Shown: in pieces, positions 61,020 to 64,000 of the stretch
How positions within the stretch are numbered: position 1 is the stretch's first letter
How the letters are laid out: every line of letters starts with the position of its first letter
From: the human T2T-CHM13v2.0 reference genome, Homo sapiens
NCBI RefSeq assembly: GCF_009914755.1
Contig: NC_060926.1
Reading direction: 5' to 3' (one strand)
Length of the DNA stretch: 64,000 nt
Notes under the pieces: model-generated
Databases searched by the model: none
Seen by the model: only the letters and a program-made list of their open reading frames with translations
Told to the model about the DNA's origin: nothing
Program-made: the position numbers and the translations under genes

Positions 61020-61461
61020 CTATTCACAGTAGCAAAGACTTGGAACCAACCCAAATGTCCAACAATGATAGACTGGATCAAGAAAATGTGGCATATATAC
61101 ACCATGGAATACTATGCAGCCATAAAAAAGGATGAGTTCATGTCCTTTGTAGGGACATGGATGAAGCTGGAAACCATCATTCTCAGCAAACTATTGCAAG
61201 GACAAAAAACCAAACACTGCATGTTCTCACTCATAGGTGGGAATTGAACAATGAGAACACCTGGACACAGGAAGGGGAACATCACACACCGGGGCCTGTT
61301 GTGGGGTGGGGGGAGGAGGAAGGGATAGCATTAGGAGATACTCCTAATGTTAAATGACGAATTAATGGGTGCAGCACACCGACATGGCACATGTATACAT
61401 ATGTAACAAACCTGCACGTTGTGCACATGTACCCTAAAACTTAAAGTATAAAAAAAAAAAA
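61020..61461 (+). mobile_element. 5'-truncated L1PA 3' end (ORF2 C-terminus, 3'UTR, poly(A))
   Basis: ORF WIKKMWHIYTMEYYAAIKKDEFMSFVGTWMKLETIILSKL. 20-bp TSD AAGAAATATTTGCC(G/A)CTATC at 61000-61019 and 61462-61481. Confidence 0.96.
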
Positions 61462-63815
61462 AAGAAATATTTGCCACTATCTAGCGACTTGTTATGTCTG
61501 AACTATCACTAGCCCTGAACGGATGGGTCAGATCTAGGGCTTAGGTGGCCTGTAACCACCAGGGAACAGCCATAATCAACAACATAAAGCCAAGTCCTCA
61601 GGAATCCTGTAAACTCTTGTTCTCCTAGCACTTGAGAAGTCAGGTGTGTTTGAGGGTTGAGAGGTTCCAACAGGACACATTCAAGGGCTCCCTGTACTTC
61701 TGCTGCTTAAATCCAGGCCAGTCTTGAGTACCGGTACTTAGCCATTTCTAGGCAATGCTCTGAGAGTCACTTGTTATTGCAACACTCAAAGGCCCAATTT
61801 ATAACTGGTGCAGAGCTCCCTGTCTTCACTGCTGAAAAGAGGGAAAATGCTAAGAGAAAACGAAAGAAGCCATGAGCCAATAACAGATTCAAAAAATGGT
61901 TATGTTTGTTTAAAATCTTTTTTTGAAAAGTACACAGTTCTTATGGAAATGTAATTTATTTCAATAAATAATAATGAAGTGACTTTTATAGGTAGGATAT
62001 ATATCAGCACTACAGAGATTACAAGGGTGACTAAAATGTAGATTCTAGTCCATGACAGTTATTCTTACCTTTAAAGAAGAAGGAGTTGGGAATCCAATCC
62101 TTCTTTAAAGGTAAGAAGCGGATTGGGACTCCCAACCTCCTTCTCCTTTCAAATAGAGGCAGGGAAAGCAAAAGACTCACTTTCCCAAAGTCTCTTAATT
62201 GTTAGAGGTGTGAGTCCCTCAACTGCTGTGTGACAGTTTTGGCCAGTAAGAAGTCTGCTGGAGATGTTCAGAGATTTTTTTCTTTTGTGTTATGGCCCTG
62301 AATGCTGACTTGCTGCCTGAGGCTGTGGCAGGCATCTTGCAGTCAAATGGGAAAAAACAGGAGCGTCACCATGATGCTGGTCCTGACAACACTGAGCTGC
62401 TGAAGCAATGTCATCTGCCACCTCTTCCCAGCTTTTCTGTCATGTGAGAAAAAATAAAGCCCTATATTTTTAAGCCAATGTCAATCTTTGTTGCTTAAAA
62501 CGGAAAAGCATTTGTAACTGATAAAGAGTAATAAAAGTATTTTTTAGGTACACACATAACCAAGTTCAAAGAAGAAAATTACATGAAGTAGGCACCACTG
62601 TACCCCAGCCTGGGTGATGGAGTGAGACCCTGTCTCAAAAAAAAGCTGTTTGAGTTTGAGTAGCTTATATTTATTAAAGTCCATTTTATGTTTATTTTAT
62701 TTATCTTTCTTTCCAGTGTTTCTTAACCATGAAAACAAAAACATCTTAATCCCATTTAATCATGACAAATTACTATTTATTAAAAAAATTAAACTATCAG
62801 TAGCCAATGATTCATTGTGCCCTTCACATGATTATTATATGTATATATTCTAAAAATAAATACAATAATGAGCTCCTTGCTTCTGCATAGATACGACATC
62901 AAAATTATAGGATGTGCAGGCTTAAGATCAGAGCAGTAAGTCAGAACTCTGATCCTAACCAGCCCCAGGCAAAGCTGTTGATAAAAAACAAAACTTATTT
63001 TAAATAACAACAACAAAAATCCTATCCCAGTGCAGGGAAACGCACTGTGACTACTTGTTCATTAGATTCAAATATCTTTGCTCCTCATGGGCGAGTCCAT
63101 TAAAGAGGCGAATGAAAAGCCAAATTTTCTTTTAAAAAATGAGAATTCTCCAAATTTAATCCAATGGTGAGGATGATCAATTTAGTTATTTATTTAGAGC
63201 GTTTAGAGTGTAAGAACACATCAACTGAATAATTGGCATTAGTGGGAAGGACTGATTTCTATTCTCTGAAACAATCTCTACATAGATAATTTTGGAATTT
63301 TCCAGATCTGTACATTGTCAGATTTCTGTAAGTATGCTTAATTCTGAAACAGTAATAATTAAGGATATTTTGTGCCAAGGTATCAAGACTAAAAATTCTG
63401 TTTTGTGTCTCAGTTTTCCCAAGCAAATTAGTCTTGAGAAGTTATTTTAGTATAGAGTTAAATACTAAGTTACATAAGAAAATAAACTGATGTATTATAG
63501 CCTCTAATATTGCTATGTATTTTTAATATTCAGAATAGCGCAAAACAGAGATGACAGATTAAATCTGTTAACATACATTCCCTGTGTTTAGTAGAGCTAC
63601 AAAATACATGAAATTATTTTTAATAAATAAATTATGCCTCTAAAAGGGTACGTGCTGAAAAAATGTCTAACTTTACTATGTTAGTTAATGGGAATCTAAA
63701 CAAATTAAGAAAATAAATTTTTTCTTCTTGCTTAATTTGTATATACTTTATTTGCATTTACTAATTTGTATTTGATTTTATTTAATTAGTATTTAAATAC
63801 TTCACCCATAGAACT

Positions 63816-63843
63816 TGTGTGTGTGTGTGTGTGTGTGTGTGTG
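63816..63843. repeat. (TG)14 microsatellite
   Basis: Perfect dinucleotide run. Confidence 0.95.
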
Positions 63844-64000
63844 TCTGCGTGTATTGGTTCTGTTATCCCTTCATAGCTTCAGAAAGCTGATCTATTTATG
63901 GCTAAAATACATTAGTCTTGGAATATGCAAGTATTCGTGACTCTCAAGTATCCTAAAATCAAAAGCTAATTTATTTTACTCTTAAAATATATTTAAGCTT

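Overview
Primate (almost certainly human) genomic DNA containing the complete ferroportin gene SLC40A1 on the minus strand. All 8 coding exons were mapped by GT-AG boundaries: ATG at 39699, TGA at 21116-21118, 1716 nt, 571 aa. The gene has a 5'UTR iron-responsive element (39895-39932), a (CGG)8 tract, a TATA-like box and a CpG island at about 39.6-40.9 kb. The rest is intronic or intergenic, with about 17 Alus, MaLR LTRs, L1/L2/MIR fragments, a Tigger3a and microsatellites. Leads worth checking: (1) an upstream exon with a strong-Kozak ATG that can splice past the IRE in frame, adding a 44-aa signal-peptide-like N-terminal extension; (2) a proximal AATAAA that would remove the miR-17/20 and miR-485-3p seed sites; (3) a perfect NRF2/BACH1 MARE about 11 kb downstream of the gene, plus two other ARE/MARE-like sites; (4) a speculative chain of minus-strand exon-like segments at 0-7 kb (decayed gene or unannotated transcript); (5) an interleaved A-B-A'-B' inverted repeat at 62.1 kb. 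Repeat family names come from recalled consensus sequences, not from a database search. No prokaryotic-type systems were found.
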